From assembly GCA_039934635.1 (NCBI GenBank), contig JBDTLT010000011.1, positions 5,118 through 69,117 of the forward strand: DNA of 64,000 nucleotides, written 5' to 3'. The translations under genes were made by a program, and so were the position numbers. The stretch is from Acidimicrobiales bacterium (GTDB lineage: Bacteria; Actinomycetota; Acidimicrobiia; Acidimicrobiales; WLNW01). The notes below the pieces were generated by a model. The model searched no databases. It was not told where the DNA came from and saw only the letters and a list, made by a program, of their open reading frames with translations. Of this stretch, positions 17,236 to 28,421 are shown in pieces; the first letter of the stretch is position 1; every line of letters begins with the position of its first letter.

Positions 17236-18149
17236 CGGTAGGTCTCCTCGATGCCTAGCCCTAGTCCAATCTTCGGCCCCCAGCCCAACTCCTTGAGCTT
17301 TGTGACGTCGAGAAGCTTGCGCGGCGTGCCGTCGGGCTTGGACAGGTCGTGTTCGATCGTTACCGACGGATAGACGATATCGCGCACCATGTGGGCCAGT
17401 TCGAGGATGGTGACGTCCTCACCCGTACCCACGTTGATGTGCTTGTCGCCGGTGTAATGATCCATGAGGAACATGCAGGCATCAGCAAGATCATCGACAT
17501 GTAGGAATTCGCGGCGAGGGCTGCCGGTGCCCCAGATGACGACGGAATCGGCACCGCTCACCCGGGCATCGTGGAATTTGCGGATCATCGCGGGCAACAC
17601 GTGGCTCGACTCGAGGTCGAAGTTGTCGTGGGGTCCGTAGAGGTTGGTGGGCATGGCCGAGATGAAGTCGCAGCCGTATTGGTGGGCGTAGGCCTGACAG
17701 AGCTTGATGCCCGCGATCTTCGCGATCGCGTAGGGCTCGTTGGTCGGCTCGAGTTGGCCGCTGAGCAACTCGTCTTCACTGATCGGCTGATGCGCGAGCC
17801 GCGGATAGATGCACGAGCTGCCGAGGTACAACAGCTTGCGCACGCCGGTCAGATACGAGGCGTGCACGACCGTGGCATGGATCATCATGTTGTCGTAGAG
17901 GAACTCGGCCGGATACGTCGCGTTGGCGAGGATGCCACCGACCTTGCCGGCGACGAGGAAGACGTACTCGGGCCGGTTCTGCTCGAACCAGACGTTGACC
18001 GCGGCCTGATCGCGGAGATCGAGCTCTCTGCGCCGCACGAGGAGCAGGTTGTCGTAGCCGGCGGAGCGGAGACGGCGCACGACGGCCGAGCCGACGAGGC
18101 CAGCGTGCCCGGCCACGAAGATCCGGGCGTCTTTCGGCATGGCGTTCAT
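17178..18149 (-). CDS. fcl: GDP-L-fucose synthase
   Basis: [66 protein letters not shown]. Confidence 0.96.
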   Translation of the reverse strand: MNAMPKDARIFVAGHAGLVGSAVVRRLRSAGYDNLLLVRRRELDLRDQAAVNVWFEQNRPEYVFLVAGKVGGILANATYPAEFLYDNMMIHATVVHASYLTGVRKLLYLGSSCIYPRLAHQPISEDELLSGQLEPTNEPYAIAKIAGIKLCQAYAHQYGCDFISAMPTNLYGPHDNFDLESSHVLPAMIRKFHDARVSGADSVVIWGTGSPRREFLHVDDLADACMFLMDHYTGDKHINVGTGEDVTILELAHMVRDIVYPSVTIEHDLSKPDGTPRKLLDVTKLKELGWGPKIGLGLGIEETYRWYLSQTQEQLRGTSGVQV

Positions 18150-18272
18150 AGCCATCTCAGAGTAGCCACGCGGCGCGGAATTTCGACACGGGCCGAACGG
18201 CTCTGCCGGGACCACCCAGGTGGGGTCGTGTCCCATTCGCCGCCCATGGGCCAAACGTGGTCTACTTTCGCC

Positions 18273-19262
18273 GTGAGCGAGACAATCGATACCGTCAACA
18301 CGCTCGAGTACCCCTACACCCGCACGACCGGCCCGTATATGGGACCGTTCCTCACCGCACTCCGTGACGGCAAGTTGATCGCCAACAAGATCGATGGCCG
18401 CACGTTTTGCCCGCCGCTGGAATACGACCCCGCTACCGGGGCCACGGCGCCGGCAGAGTTCGTAGAGGTCGGCCCGGGCGGTACGGTCGTCGGTTGGACG
18501 TGGATCGCCGAGCCGTCAGAAAAGCATCCCTTCGCGCATCCCTTCGCGTTTGCGTTGATCAAGATCGACGGGACCGACGTGCCGATGGTGCACGCGATCG
18601 ACGCCGGCTCGATCGACGAGATGGCAACGCTGATGCGGGTCTCGGCGCAGTACCGCGACGAGCGCCATGGCGCCATCACCGACGTGTACTTCGTGCCGTT
18701 GGCCAAGGCGCAGGCCCAGACGATCGCGCCCGGTGAGGGCACCGTCGAGATCACCGAGCATCTGATCTCACTCAAGGTCCGCGAGCAGCTGTACCCGCAC
18801 CGCCGACGCTTTGCCAACGGGTTGCTGGCCGGCAAGATCATCGGCCAGAAGAGCCCGGTGTCGGGCAAGGTCTACGTACCGGGTCGTGGCTACGACAATC
18901 TCGAGCGCGTGCCGCTGACCGAAGCCGACGAGGTCGAAGTTCCCTCCCGTGGCACGGTCGTTGCGTTCACGGTCATCACCCCGGTGCAGTACTACGGACA
19001 GAAAGAGACCGAGCCGTACATCCGTTGCTCGGTCCTGCTCGACAACAGCGATCAACCGATCATGGGGGTCGATGTGCGCGACATCCCGCTCGACGAATTC
19101 CGAGTGGGCATGCGACTCGGCGCCGAATGGAAGAAGCCAGAAGAGCGGTCCGTCGCCGGGCTCGACAACCGCGGCGGCGTATGGGATCAGGTGATCGATC
19201 GATGGACGCCCACCGGCGAGCCCGACGTCGATTTCGAGACGTTCAAAGAACATACGTGGTGA
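18273..19262 (+). CDS. Tandem DUF35/OB-fold protein (Rv3521-like partner of thiolase-like aldolases)
   Basis: Two repeats of (Y/E).Y...GP..F..L..G....V.VP...V...GTV..(W/F)T; directly upstream of two thiolase-like genes. Start 18246 or 18273. Confidence 0.85.
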   Translation: MSETIDTVNTLEYPYTRTTGPYMGPFLTALRDGKLIANKIDGRTFCPPLEYDPATGATAPAEFVEVGPGGTVVGWTWIAEPSEKHPFAHPFAFALIKIDGTDVPMVHAIDAGSIDEMATLMRVSAQYRDERHGAITDVYFVPLAKAQAQTIAPGEGTVEITEHLISLKVREQLYPHRRRFANGLLAGKIIGQKSPVSGKVYVPGRGYDNLERVPLTEADEVEVPSRGTVVAFTVITPVQYYGQKETEPYIRCSVLLDNSDQPIMGVDVRDIPLDEFRVGMRLGAEWKKPEERSVAGLDNRGGVWDQVIDRWTPTGEPDVDFETFKEHTW

Positions 19263-19269
19263 CTGGCTG

Positions 19270-20340
19270 ATGACTGCATCCAACAACACCGACATCGCGA
19301 TCGTTGCGGTCTCACAGACCCCATCGCATCGTCGTTTCAACGACAGCGAACCGCGCCTGATCATGGACTGCGTCAACGACCTGTTGACGCAGACCGGCCT
19401 TGATCGCCACGACATCGGCTTCACCATCGCGGGTAGCTGCGACTACCTCTCGGGCATGCCGTTCGCCTTCGTGCAGAACATCGACGGGGTAGGCGCCTGG
19501 CCTCCGGTCTACGAAAGCCACGTCGAGATGGACGGCGCGTGGGCACTATTCGAGGCGTGGATTCGCCTGCAGTTGGGCGACATCGACATCGCGCTCGTCA
19601 GTGGTTCGGGCAAGTCATCGCCGGGCACCCCCCGCCACGTCTTCCCGTTGCAGTCCGACCCCTACGTGATGGCGCCGCTGGGCCTCGACTACGTGTCGCT
19701 GGCCGGCATCCAGGCGCGTGCACTCATCGAGGCGGGCAAGGCGACCGAACGTGATTTCGCCGAGGTCGTGTCGCGCAGCCGAGCCGCAGCGATGAACAAC
19801 CCCTACGCGCAGGTCAAGAACAACGTCTCGGTCGACGACTTGTTGGAGCGGCCGTACTTCGCCGCTCCGTTGCGCTTGCACGACCTGCCGCCCATCTCCG
19901 ATGGTGCTGCGGCCATGATCATCGCCCGCGGCGATCGGGCCCGTGAGCTCAGCGACAATCCGGTCTATATCCGCAACATGGATCACCGCATGGAGTCGCA
20001 CTATCCCGGTCTGCGTGATCTCACCACATCGGTTTCAACGAAGATGGCCGCGGCCAACACCGGCGTCAGCGATGGTCCGATCGACGTGGCCGAGTTGACG
20101 GTCAACTACAGCCACGAAGAGATCATCTTGCGTGAAGCGCTCGGTCTGCTCGATCACGCCAACGTCAATCCATCGGGCGGGCCGCTGGCCGGTCATCCCG
20201 TGATGGCAACCGGGCTCATCCGTGTCATCGAGGTTGCGCAACGAATCAAGAGCGGTGCGGCCAATCGAGGCGTCGCGCATGCTTCGAGTGGCGCCTGTCT
20301 TCAGCAAAATCTGGTCTGCGTGTTGGAAGGGAGCAACTGA
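19270..20340 (+). CDS. Thiolase-domain lipid-transfer protein (Ltp4-like)
   Basis: GSCDYLSG.PF.FV..ID..GAWPP.YESHVEMDGAWAL.EAW, DGAAA, VNPSGG.L...P.MATGL.R, HASSGACLQQN. Confidence 0.88.
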   Translation: MTASNNTDIAIVAVSQTPSHRRFNDSEPRLIMDCVNDLLTQTGLDRHDIGFTIAGSCDYLSGMPFAFVQNIDGVGAWPPVYESHVEMDGAWALFEAWIRLQLGDIDIALVSGSGKSSPGTPRHVFPLQSDPYVMAPLGLDYVSLAGIQARALIEAGKATERDFAEVVSRSRAAAMNNPYAQVKNNVSVDDLLERPYFAAPLRLHDLPPISDGAAAMIIARGDRARELSDNPVYIRNMDHRMESHYPGLRDLTTSVSTKMAAANTGVSDGPIDVAELTVNYSHEEIILREALGLLDHANVNPSGGPLAGHPVMATGLIRVIEVAQRIKSGAANRGVAHASSGACLQQNLVCVLEGSN

Positions 20341-21497
20341 TGGCTGTTCCTTGTGCAGTGATCGGCATCGGCCAAACGAAGTACAAGAGTCGCCGGCCCG
20401 ACGTTTCGCTCGAGGGTCTGGTTCGCGAAGCAGTTTTGCGGGCGCTCGACGACGCAGAGCTGACGTTCAAGGACATCGACGCCATCGTGGTCGGCAAGGC
20501 GCCCGACGCGCTCGAAGGTGTGATGATGCCCGAGCTGTCGCTGGCCGACGCGATCGGCGCGGTCGGCAAGCCCGTCCATCGCGTGCACACCGCAGGTTCG
20601 GTGGGCGCATCGACCGCGGTGTCGGGCGTGACCCTCGTCGAATCCGGTCGCTACGAGCGCGTCTTGGTGGTCTGCTACGAGAAGCAATCCGAAGGCAATG
20701 CCACCTGGGCGCTGTCGGGTGGGCGATCGGGCGGTCAAGGCGCGGGCGGCACGTTCGCACCGTGGATTCGCAACTACATCCAGCGCTCCAAAGCACCTGA
20801 GCACATCGGTTGGATGGTGGCCGTCAAAGACCGCAAGAACGCGCTCAAGAACCCCTATGCGCACTTGCAGCTGAAGGACATCTCGATCGAAAAGGTCAAA
20901 GAGTCCCCGATGCTGTGGGACCCGCTGCACTACCTCGAATCGTGCCCTTCTTCCGACGGCGCCGCGGCAGTCGTGCTCGGCAGCGAAGCCGCCGCCAAGA
21001 AAGCACCGCGGGCACCGGCGTGGGTCATCGCGCACGCCAAGCGCACCGAGTTCGGCCAATTCCCCGGCCGCGACACGGTCAAGCCTCAGGCGGGCGTCGA
21101 CTGCGCGCTCGAGCTCTACAAGAAGGCCGGCATCACCAACCCGCTCAAACAGGTCGACTGCGCCGAGCTCTACGTGCCGTTCTCGTGGTACGAGCCCATG
21201 TGGCTCGAAGGCCACCTCATCGTCGAGGAAGGCGAAGGTTGGAAGGTGACCGACCGCGGCGACACCGAGATCGGCGGGGCATTCCCCGTCAACATGTCCG
21301 GTGGTGTGTTGTCGTCCAACCCGATCGGCGCGTCAGGTCTCATCCGTTGTCTCGAGGCGGCCAATCAGGTGCGGGGCACCGCGGGCGACTACCAGGTCGA
21401 CGGAGCCAAGGTGGCCATCGGCCACGCCTACGGGGGTGCAGCGCAGTACTTCGCGATGTGGATCGTCAGCTCCGACCTGCAGCCGACCTTCAAGTAA
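20340..21497 (+). CDS. Thiolase-domain protein (Ltp3-like)
   Basis: GKAPDALEGVMMPEL, TAGSVG, ESCPSSDGA, AELYVPFSWYE, VNMSGGVLSSNPIGASG, GHAYGGAAQYF. Confidence 0.9.
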   Translation: MAVPCAVIGIGQTKYKSRRPDVSLEGLVREAVLRALDDAELTFKDIDAIVVGKAPDALEGVMMPELSLADAIGAVGKPVHRVHTAGSVGASTAVSGVTLVESGRYERVLVVCYEKQSEGNATWALSGGRSGGQGAGGTFAPWIRNYIQRSKAPEHIGWMVAVKDRKNALKNPYAHLQLKDISIEKVKESPMLWDPLHYLESCPSSDGAAAVVLGSEAAAKKAPRAPAWVIAHAKRTEFGQFPGRDTVKPQAGVDCALELYKKAGITNPLKQVDCAELYVPFSWYEPMWLEGHLIVEEGEGWKVTDRGDTEIGGAFPVNMSGGVLSSNPIGASGLIRCLEAANQVRGTAGDYQVDGAKVAIGHAYGGAAQYFAMWIVSSDLQPTFK

Positions 21498-21530
21498 CCG
21501 GCGTCAATAACCGGCATTCAAGTAACCGAC
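21489..21530 (+). repeat. Three 14-nt-period direct repeats spanning the ltp3-like stop codon
   Basis: TTCAAGTAACCGGC / GTCAA-TAACCGGC(A) / TTCAAGTAACCGAC. Confidence 0.7.
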
Positions 21531-21549
21531 GGCAGCAAGGTGCACACAC

Positions 21550-22449
21550 ATGGGTAGTTGTGACGGTCGCGTGGTCATCATCACCGGCGCCGGCCGCGGG
21601 CTCGGGCGCGCACACGCACTCGCGTTCGCGTCAGAGGGCGCGCGCGTCGTCGTGAACGATCTCGGCGTCGAACGCGACGGCACCGCAGCCGGCTCCGCCC
21701 CCGCGCAAGAAGTCGTGGCGGAGATCAAGGCCCAGGGCGGACAAGCCATCGCCAACGGCGCCGACGTCGCCGACTGGGATCAAGTCGGTGCGATGGTGCG
21801 CCAGGCGATCGACACGTTCGGGCGTCTCGACACCGTCGTCTGTAACGCGGGGTTCCTGCGTGATCGCATGCTCGCCAACATGTCGGTCGACGAATGGGAC
21901 GCGATCATGCGCGTGCACCTGCGCGGTCATTTCATACCGGCTCGCCACGCCATCGCCCATTGGCGCGATCTCGCCAAGGCGGGCGAAAGGGTCGAGGGTC
22001 GCATCGTCAACACCAGCTCCGGTGCGGGGCTCATGGGTTCGATCGGGCAGGGCAACTACGTGGCCGCCAAGGCCGGCATTGCTGCGCTGACCGTGCAGGA
22101 AGCCGCGGAGTGGGGCCGCTACGGGGTGCTCGCCAACGCCATCGCACCCGATGCGCGTACGCGTATGACCGAAGGCGTATTCGCGGACATGGCCGAACCT
22201 ACGGCCGACGAATTCGACATCAAAGATCCGGCCAACGCCTCACCACTCGTCGTTTGGCTCGGCTCGCCGCAATGCGACGTGACCGGCCGCGTCTTCGAGA
22301 TCGTCGGGGGCCGCGTCAACGTATGCGACGGATGGCAACACGGTCACGTCGTCGACATCGGTCGGCGCTACGAGGTGTCAGAGGTCGGCCCTGCGGTGCA
22401 CGAGTCGATCGCCAAGACGCTGTCGCCCGCGCCCGTCTACGGCACGTAA
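21550..22449 (+). CDS. SDR oxidoreductase (Rv3548c / 3-hydroxyacyl-CoA dehydrogenase-like)
   Basis: ITGAGRGLG, VVNDLG, NAGFLRDRM, NTSSGAGL.GS.GQGNYVAAK (YxxxK). Confidence 0.92.
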   Translation: MGSCDGRVVIITGAGRGLGRAHALAFASEGARVVVNDLGVERDGTAAGSAPAQEVVAEIKAQGGQAIANGADVADWDQVGAMVRQAIDTFGRLDTVVCNAGFLRDRMLANMSVDEWDAIMRVHLRGHFIPARHAIAHWRDLAKAGERVEGRIVNTSSGAGLMGSIGQGNYVAAKAGIAALTVQEAAEWGRYGVLANAIAPDARTRMTEGVFADMAEPTADEFDIKDPANASPLVVWLGSPQCDVTGRVFEIVGGRVNVCDGWQHGHVVDIGRRYEVSEVGPAVHESIAKTLSPAPVYGT

Positions 22450-22477
22450 GCGCATCGCGGCGCGAGAGGGACACGCG

Positions 22478-23704
22478 ATGGATTTCGACGACTCACCACA
22501 AGAGCAGGCGTACCGGGCCGAGGTGCGATCGTTTCTCGACGCGCACGCGGCACCGAAGACGGGTTCGAGCCTCGCCGACTCGTATTACGCAAAGGCGCCC
22601 GCCGCCGGTGAAGAGTCCGAGCACGTGCGGCAATGCAAGCATTGGCAACACCTGCTCTTCGACAACGGCTGGGCCGGCATTGCATGGCCGAAGGCCTATG
22701 GAGGCAGGGGCGAGACGGCCCGCCATCAAGGGATCTTCAACCAAGAGCAAGCGCGCTACGACGTGCATGCCGGCATCTTCTCGGTCGGCATCGGCATGAC
22801 GGGCCCGACGCTCATCGCCCACGGCACCGAAGAGCAAAAGCAGCGCTACCTGCGTCCGATGTTGGCCGGCGACGAAGTGTGGTGCCAGCTCTTCTCCGAG
22901 CCCGGTGCCGGATCCGATCTCGGTGGGTTGCGCACGACGGCCGTGCGTGACGGCGACGAATGGGTCGTCAACGGACAAAAGGTCTGGAACTCCGGGGCGC
23001 AATACAGCGACTGGGGCATCCTGCTGACGCGCTCCGACCCCGACGTGCCAAAGCACCGCGGCATCACCTACTTCGTGGTCGACATGCGCAGCGCGGGGGT
23101 CGACGTGCGGCCCTTGCGCCAGATCACGGGCGCCGCGCACTTCAACGAGGTCTTTCTCACCGACGTGCGTATCCCGCACGAGAACATCGTCGGTGAGATC
23201 AACGCAGGGTGGGGTCCGATGATGACCACCCTCGCCAACGAGAGGACGCTCATCGGGTCGTCGCAGTCGATGGTCACCTTCGACGACATCGTGGCGTTCG
23301 CCCGTCATCAAGGCGTCGCGGGTGATCCGGCGATCCGCCAAGAGCTCATTCGGCAACTGTCGTTCGCGGAGACCATCAAGTACTTGGGCTACCGCACGCA
23401 GACGGCCGCGTCACGGGGCAAGCTCCCCGGCCCCGAAAGCTCGGTCATCAAGCTGGCGGCGTCGCGACGGCTCGAGCATCAGGGCAACCTCGTGATGAGC
23501 ATTGCCGGCGCTTCGGGCATGTTGTGGGAAGAAAGCGCCTATCTCGGTGGCTTCTGGCAGAACCAGTTCCTGGGCCAGTGGATGTCGCGCATCGGCGGTG
23601 GCACCGATCAGATCCAGCGCAACACGATCGGCGAAAAGGTGCTCCAGCTCCCGCCCGAGCCGAGAGTCGACAAGGGCATCCCGTTCAAGGACGTCCCCAA
23701 ATAG
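22478..23704 (+). CDS. Acyl-CoA dehydrogenase (alpha type; tandem paralog A)
   Basis: WCQLFSEPGAGSDL, NGQKVW, HFNEVF, TTLANER, IGGGTDQIQRNTIGEKVL. Confidence 0.93.
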   Translation: MDFDDSPQEQAYRAEVRSFLDAHAAPKTGSSLADSYYAKAPAAGEESEHVRQCKHWQHLLFDNGWAGIAWPKAYGGRGETARHQGIFNQEQARYDVHAGIFSVGIGMTGPTLIAHGTEEQKQRYLRPMLAGDEVWCQLFSEPGAGSDLGGLRTTAVRDGDEWVVNGQKVWNSGAQYSDWGILLTRSDPDVPKHRGITYFVVDMRSAGVDVRPLRQITGAAHFNEVFLTDVRIPHENIVGEINAGWGPMMTTLANERTLIGSSQSMVTFDDIVAFARHQGVAGDPAIRQELIRQLSFAETIKYLGYRTQTAASRGKLPGPESSVIKLAASRRLEHQGNLVMSIAGASGMLWEESAYLGGFWQNQFLGQWMSRIGGGTDQIQRNTIGEKVLQLPPEPRVDKGIPFKDVPK

Positions 23705-23762
23705 CAGTGCGCGTTCAGGCGCCGTTGGCACGGTTCGTCGACGTGGTCGTAGGTTGCTGACC

Positions 23763-24986
23763 ATGGACTTCGATGAGACTCCGGACGAAGCAGCGTTTCG
23801 GGCCGAGGTGAAGGCATTTCTGGACGAGCACGTGCCGGCGTCGCGGTCGAATGAACGGGACCAGAACTCGATCTTCATCACCGATCACGACAAGGAGCTC
23901 GCGCACGTGCAGCGTTGCCGCGATTGGCAGCGCGTCAAGTTCGATCACGGCTGGGCGGGCATCACGTGGCCCAAGGCGTATGGCGGTCGCGGCGGCACGT
24001 CCATCCAAGACGGCATCTTCAAGCAGGAAGAAGCCAAGGTCATCGCGGCGTCAGGCGTGTTCGCCGTCGGCATCGGCATGGCGGGCCCGATGTTGATCGC
24101 CCACGGCACCGACGAACAGAAAGAGCGCTACCTGCGTCCGATGTTGCAGGGCGAAGAGGTGTGGTGCCAGCTGTTCTCCGAGCCCGGTGCCGGATCTGAT
24201 CTCGGCGGGTTGCGCACGACGGCCGTGCGCGACGGCGACGAGTGGATCGTCAACGGACAAAAGGTCTGGACATCGGGCGCGCACTACAGCGACTGGGCGA
24301 TCTTGCTGACCCGCACCGACCCGTCGGCGCCCAAGCACCGCGGCATCACCTACTTCCTCGTCGACATGCGCGCGCCGGGCATCGACGTGCGGCCGCTGCG
24401 CCAGATCACCGGCGCCGCGCACTTCAACGAAGTGTTCCTCTCGGACGTGCGTATCCCGCACGAGAACATCGTCGGCGAGATCAACGCAGGGTGGGGTCCG
24501 ATGATGACCACGCTGTCGAACGAGCGCACGCTCATCGGTGGCGGGCAGGGTCGCACGGGCATCGAAGATCTGATCGGGCTCGCGCGCGACACGGGCACCG
24601 ATGACGACGCCGTCATTCGTCAAGAATTGGCCAAGGCATACACGCGCATGCAGATCCAGACCTACCTCGGCTACCGCGTACGCACCGCTGCTTTGCGGGG
24701 CGAACAACCCGGCCCCGAGAGCTCGGTGATGAAGCTCGCCGTGTCACTGCACCTGCACGAGATCGGCAATTTGGTCATGGCCATGCAACACGCTGCGGGG
24801 ATGTTGTCCGGTGCGAGCGCGATCGACGACGGGCGCTGGCAGATGGAGTTCCTCGGCCAGTTCGGGGCGCGTATCGGCGGCGGCACCGACCAGATTCAAC
24901 GCAACACGATCGGCGAAAAAGTTCTGCGCCTGCCTCCCGAGCCGCGCGTCGATAAGGGCATACCATTTCGCGACATACCAGGTTGA
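23763..24986 (+). CDS. Acyl-CoA dehydrogenase (alpha type; tandem paralog B)
   Basis: Same motifs as 22478, with long near-identical DNA blocks; ATG at 23763. Confidence 0.93.
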   Translation: MDFDETPDEAAFRAEVKAFLDEHVPASRSNERDQNSIFITDHDKELAHVQRCRDWQRVKFDHGWAGITWPKAYGGRGGTSIQDGIFKQEEAKVIAASGVFAVGIGMAGPMLIAHGTDEQKERYLRPMLQGEEVWCQLFSEPGAGSDLGGLRTTAVRDGDEWIVNGQKVWTSGAHYSDWAILLTRTDPSAPKHRGITYFLVDMRAPGIDVRPLRQITGAAHFNEVFLSDVRIPHENIVGEINAGWGPMMTTLSNERTLIGGGQGRTGIEDLIGLARDTGTDDDAVIRQELAKAYTRMQIQTYLGYRVRTAALRGEQPGPESSVMKLAVSLHLHEIGNLVMAMQHAAGMLSGASAIDDGRWQMEFLGQFGARIGGGTDQIQRNTIGEKVLRLPPEPRVDKGIPFRDIPG

Positions 24987-25015
24987 GTCATTCACCGGGA
25001 CTAGGGGGACAGCGC

Positions 25016-25807
25016 ATGCGTGATGTGAAGATTCTCGTCGCCGAGTTGGTCGGAACGATGATCCTGATACTCGCAGGACCGGGCAGTGCCATCCTCGCGG
25101 CCGACAGGATTCACACTGCCGGGGTCGCTGTCGCATTTGGTCTGGCGCTGCTCATTGCGGCGTACACGATCGGTCCGATCTCCGGTTGCCACATCAACCC
25201 GGCGGTGACGCTGGCGATGTGGATCGCACGCAAGATTCCGACGCGCACCCTGCCGGCGTACATCATCGGACAGATCCTCGGTGCGTTCGCCGGCGCAGCG
25301 GTGATCTTCTCGATCGCGAACGGCATCGACGGGTTCAGTGCAAAGAACAATTTCGCGGCCAACGCGTGGGGATCGAAGAATGGCTTCTATCCGGTCGGTT
25401 CGATGATCATCGTCGAGATCGTCTTCACCGCACTGCTGGTTTTCGTCGTGTTGTCGACGACGACGCAGAAGTTCACGGCGTCGCAGGGCGGCCTCGTCAT
25501 CGGCCTCACGCTGACCTTGATCCACTTGATCACGATCCCCGTCGACAACACGTCGGTGAATCCTGTGCGCAGTCTTGCGACGGCTGTGTTCCAACGAGGC
25601 GATGCCCTCGAGCAGGTCTGGGCATTCGTCTTGTTCCCGCTCGTCGGTGCCGTCGTCGGCGTGTTGGTGTGGCTCGCGGTCGACGATGCCCGCCTCGAGG
25701 ACACGTTGCTCAAGAGCGATGTACTCGTCAGCGCGCGCGACCAGATGACCAAGGTTGCCGACTCGGTCGAGGGTGCACTCGACAAAGCCGGCGACGAACT
25801 CAGCTGA
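25016..25807 (+). CDS. aqpZ: Aquaporin (MIP family)
   Basis: ISGCHINPAVT (NPA1), LIHLI.IPVDNTSVNPVRS (second motif NPV), six hydrophobic helices. Confidence 0.92.
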   Translation: MRDVKILVAELVGTMILILAGPGSAILAADRIHTAGVAVAFGLALLIAAYTIGPISGCHINPAVTLAMWIARKIPTRTLPAYIIGQILGAFAGAAVIFSIANGIDGFSAKNNFAANAWGSKNGFYPVGSMIIVEIVFTALLVFVVLSTTTQKFTASQGGLVIGLTLTLIHLITIPVDNTSVNPVRSLATAVFQRGDALEQVWAFVLFPLVGAVVGVLVWLAVDDARLEDTLLKSDVLVSARDQMTKVADSVEGALDKAGDELS

Positions 25808-25828
25808 CCCCGCGACCGTCGGTTCAAT

Positions 25829-25881
25829 CCGTTCTCGCTGTCAAACGTCGCTAGATGCGCGACGTTCGACAGCGAGAACGG
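25829..25881. terminator. Long hairpin (23-bp stem, 1 mismatch, 7-nt loop) between convergent aqpZ and nitroreductase
   Basis: ccgttctcgctgtcaaacgtcgc-tagatgc-gcgacgttcgacagcgagaacgg. Confidence 0.7.
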
Positions 25882-25894
25882 GCGGTTTTGGCGG

Positions 25895-26550
25895 TTACCA
25901 GTTGTCCCAGTGCAGCACCCGGTCGAGGGGTTCGCGCGTGGCTTGCTTGAAGTTGGTGCCGACGGTGTAACCGAAGGGGATCAACGCGACCTGTGAGACC
26001 GACGGATAGGGGATGCCCAAGAGTTCTGCGATCTCGCCTTCGAGCGCGAGGTGCACCGTCGTCCAAACGGTGCCGATGCCGCGGTTACGGGCGGCCAGCA
26101 TGAAGCTCCACGCTGCTTGGATCACCGAACCGGCGAGGCTGAACAATGGTGCGCCGGAGAGCTCGGCGAAGTTGCCTTCGACGCACGGGATGAGTACGCC
26201 CGGCACACGATCGATGATCTCGCCGAGATAACTCGCGGAGTCCATGACGCGTGCCGTTTGTGCGTCGTAGTACGACGCGTTGCTCGGCTCGATGCGCCCC
26301 AGCACACTCACTTGTTGCTTGGCCAGCGTCATGGCGCGCCGATAGATGTCGCCGAGTTTGGCGATCGTCGCGGGATCGGTGACTACGACGAAGTGCCAGA
26401 CCTGTCGGTTGGATCCGGTCGGTGCCTGCAACGCGATCTCGAGGCAATCACGGATGTCGACAGGATCGACGGAACGACCGAGTTCGAGCCGTTTGCGCAC
26501 GGCCCGCGTGGTCGTGAGCACTTCGTCGGCCGAAAGGTTGAGGTGCATGT

Positions 26551-26554
<4 letters not shown>
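25895..26554 (-). CDS. Nitroreductase family protein
   Basis: LTTTRAVRKRL, ALQAPTGSNRQ.WHFVVV, SFMLAARNRGIGTVWT, R.PLDRVLHWDNW. Confidence 0.9.
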
Positions 26555-27486
<932 letters not shown>

Positions 27487-28341
27487 TCAGCGGCCTTGCA
27501 GTAGTTCCTTGCTGGCATCCCACAGTCGACCTGCGGCGGTCATATCGATCGCCTGCCGGTTGGTGGGTGCCGGCATGGACTCTGCGAAATACGCTCCGGT
27601 GATCGATTCGAGTTCGGGCGCGGACGCGACATAGATCGACGTCCGCGCTCCCTGCTCGGGAGTCTTGAAAAAGGGCCGAGCGAGTGTCATCGCAAGATCG
27701 CCGATTCGACCCGTGTCGCCGTCACTTGCGAGCCGAGTGGCCACGACGCCCGGATGAACTGCATTGGCGGTGACACCCGAGCCGTCGAGACGCCGAGCAA
27801 GCTCACGCGTGAACAAGATGTTGGCCAGCTTCGAGCGGCAATATGCCCGGAACGGACCATAGCGGGTGTGCTCGAGGTTGAGGTCGTCGAAGTCGAGGCC
27901 CCGCCGGGCTCCCTTGTAAGCCTCGGACGCCACGACGACGATGCGCGACGGTGCTCCTCGCTCGAGGAGATCGTGGAGGAGTTCGGTCAGTAGGAAGTGG
28001 CCGAGATGATTCACGCCGAACGTCATCTCGAAGCCGTCGCTCGTGGTCTGACGATGCCGCAGGATGACGCCGGCGTTGTTGATGAGCACCGAGACGTGGT
28101 CGGTGGTAGCCGTGAGGGCCGCCGCGAAGTTGCGGATCGACGTGAGCGACGCAAGGTCGAGGCCCAATTGCTCGACCGCAGTGGAACCGCTGCGCGCGAC
28201 GATGTCATCGACCGCCGCCGCCCCGCGTGCCGGGTCGCGGACCGCGATGATCACACGGGCACCCTCTCGGGCGAGAGCGATCGCAGTCTCCTTGCCGAGA
28301 CCGCTGTTACCTCCGGTGATCACCACCGTCTTACCCTGCAT
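27487..28341 (-). CDS. SDR oxidoreductase (retinol dehydrogenase/WWOX-like)
   Basis: VITGGNSGLG, LDLASL, LINNAG, FGVNHLGHFLLT, YCRSKLANILF, HPGVVAT. Confidence 0.92.
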   Translation of the reverse strand: MQGKTVVITGGNSGLGKETAIALAREGARVIIAVRDPARGAAAVDDIVARSGSTAVEQLGLDLASLTSIRNFAAALTATTDHVSVLINNAGVILRHRQTTSDGFEMTFGVNHLGHFLLTELLHDLLERGAPSRIVVVASEAYKGARRGLDFDDLNLEHTRYGPFRAYCRSKLANILFTRELARRLDGSGVTANAVHPGVVATRLASDGDTGRIGDLAMTLARPFFKTPEQGARTSIYVASAPELESITGAYFAESMPAPTNRQAIDMTAAGRLWDASKELLQGR

Positions 28342-28421
28342 GCGTGTTCCCTGTGGAAGTTGGCGGCTCGCTAGGTCGAGGGTACGGTGCGCGCAGCATC
28401 GATTGTGCGATCCGAGGCCCG

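Noticed and set aside
21489-21530. CRISPR-like array
   Set aside because: The repeats are 14 nt, abutting, without spacers, and there are no cas genes. No CRISPR array was found anywhere in the window.
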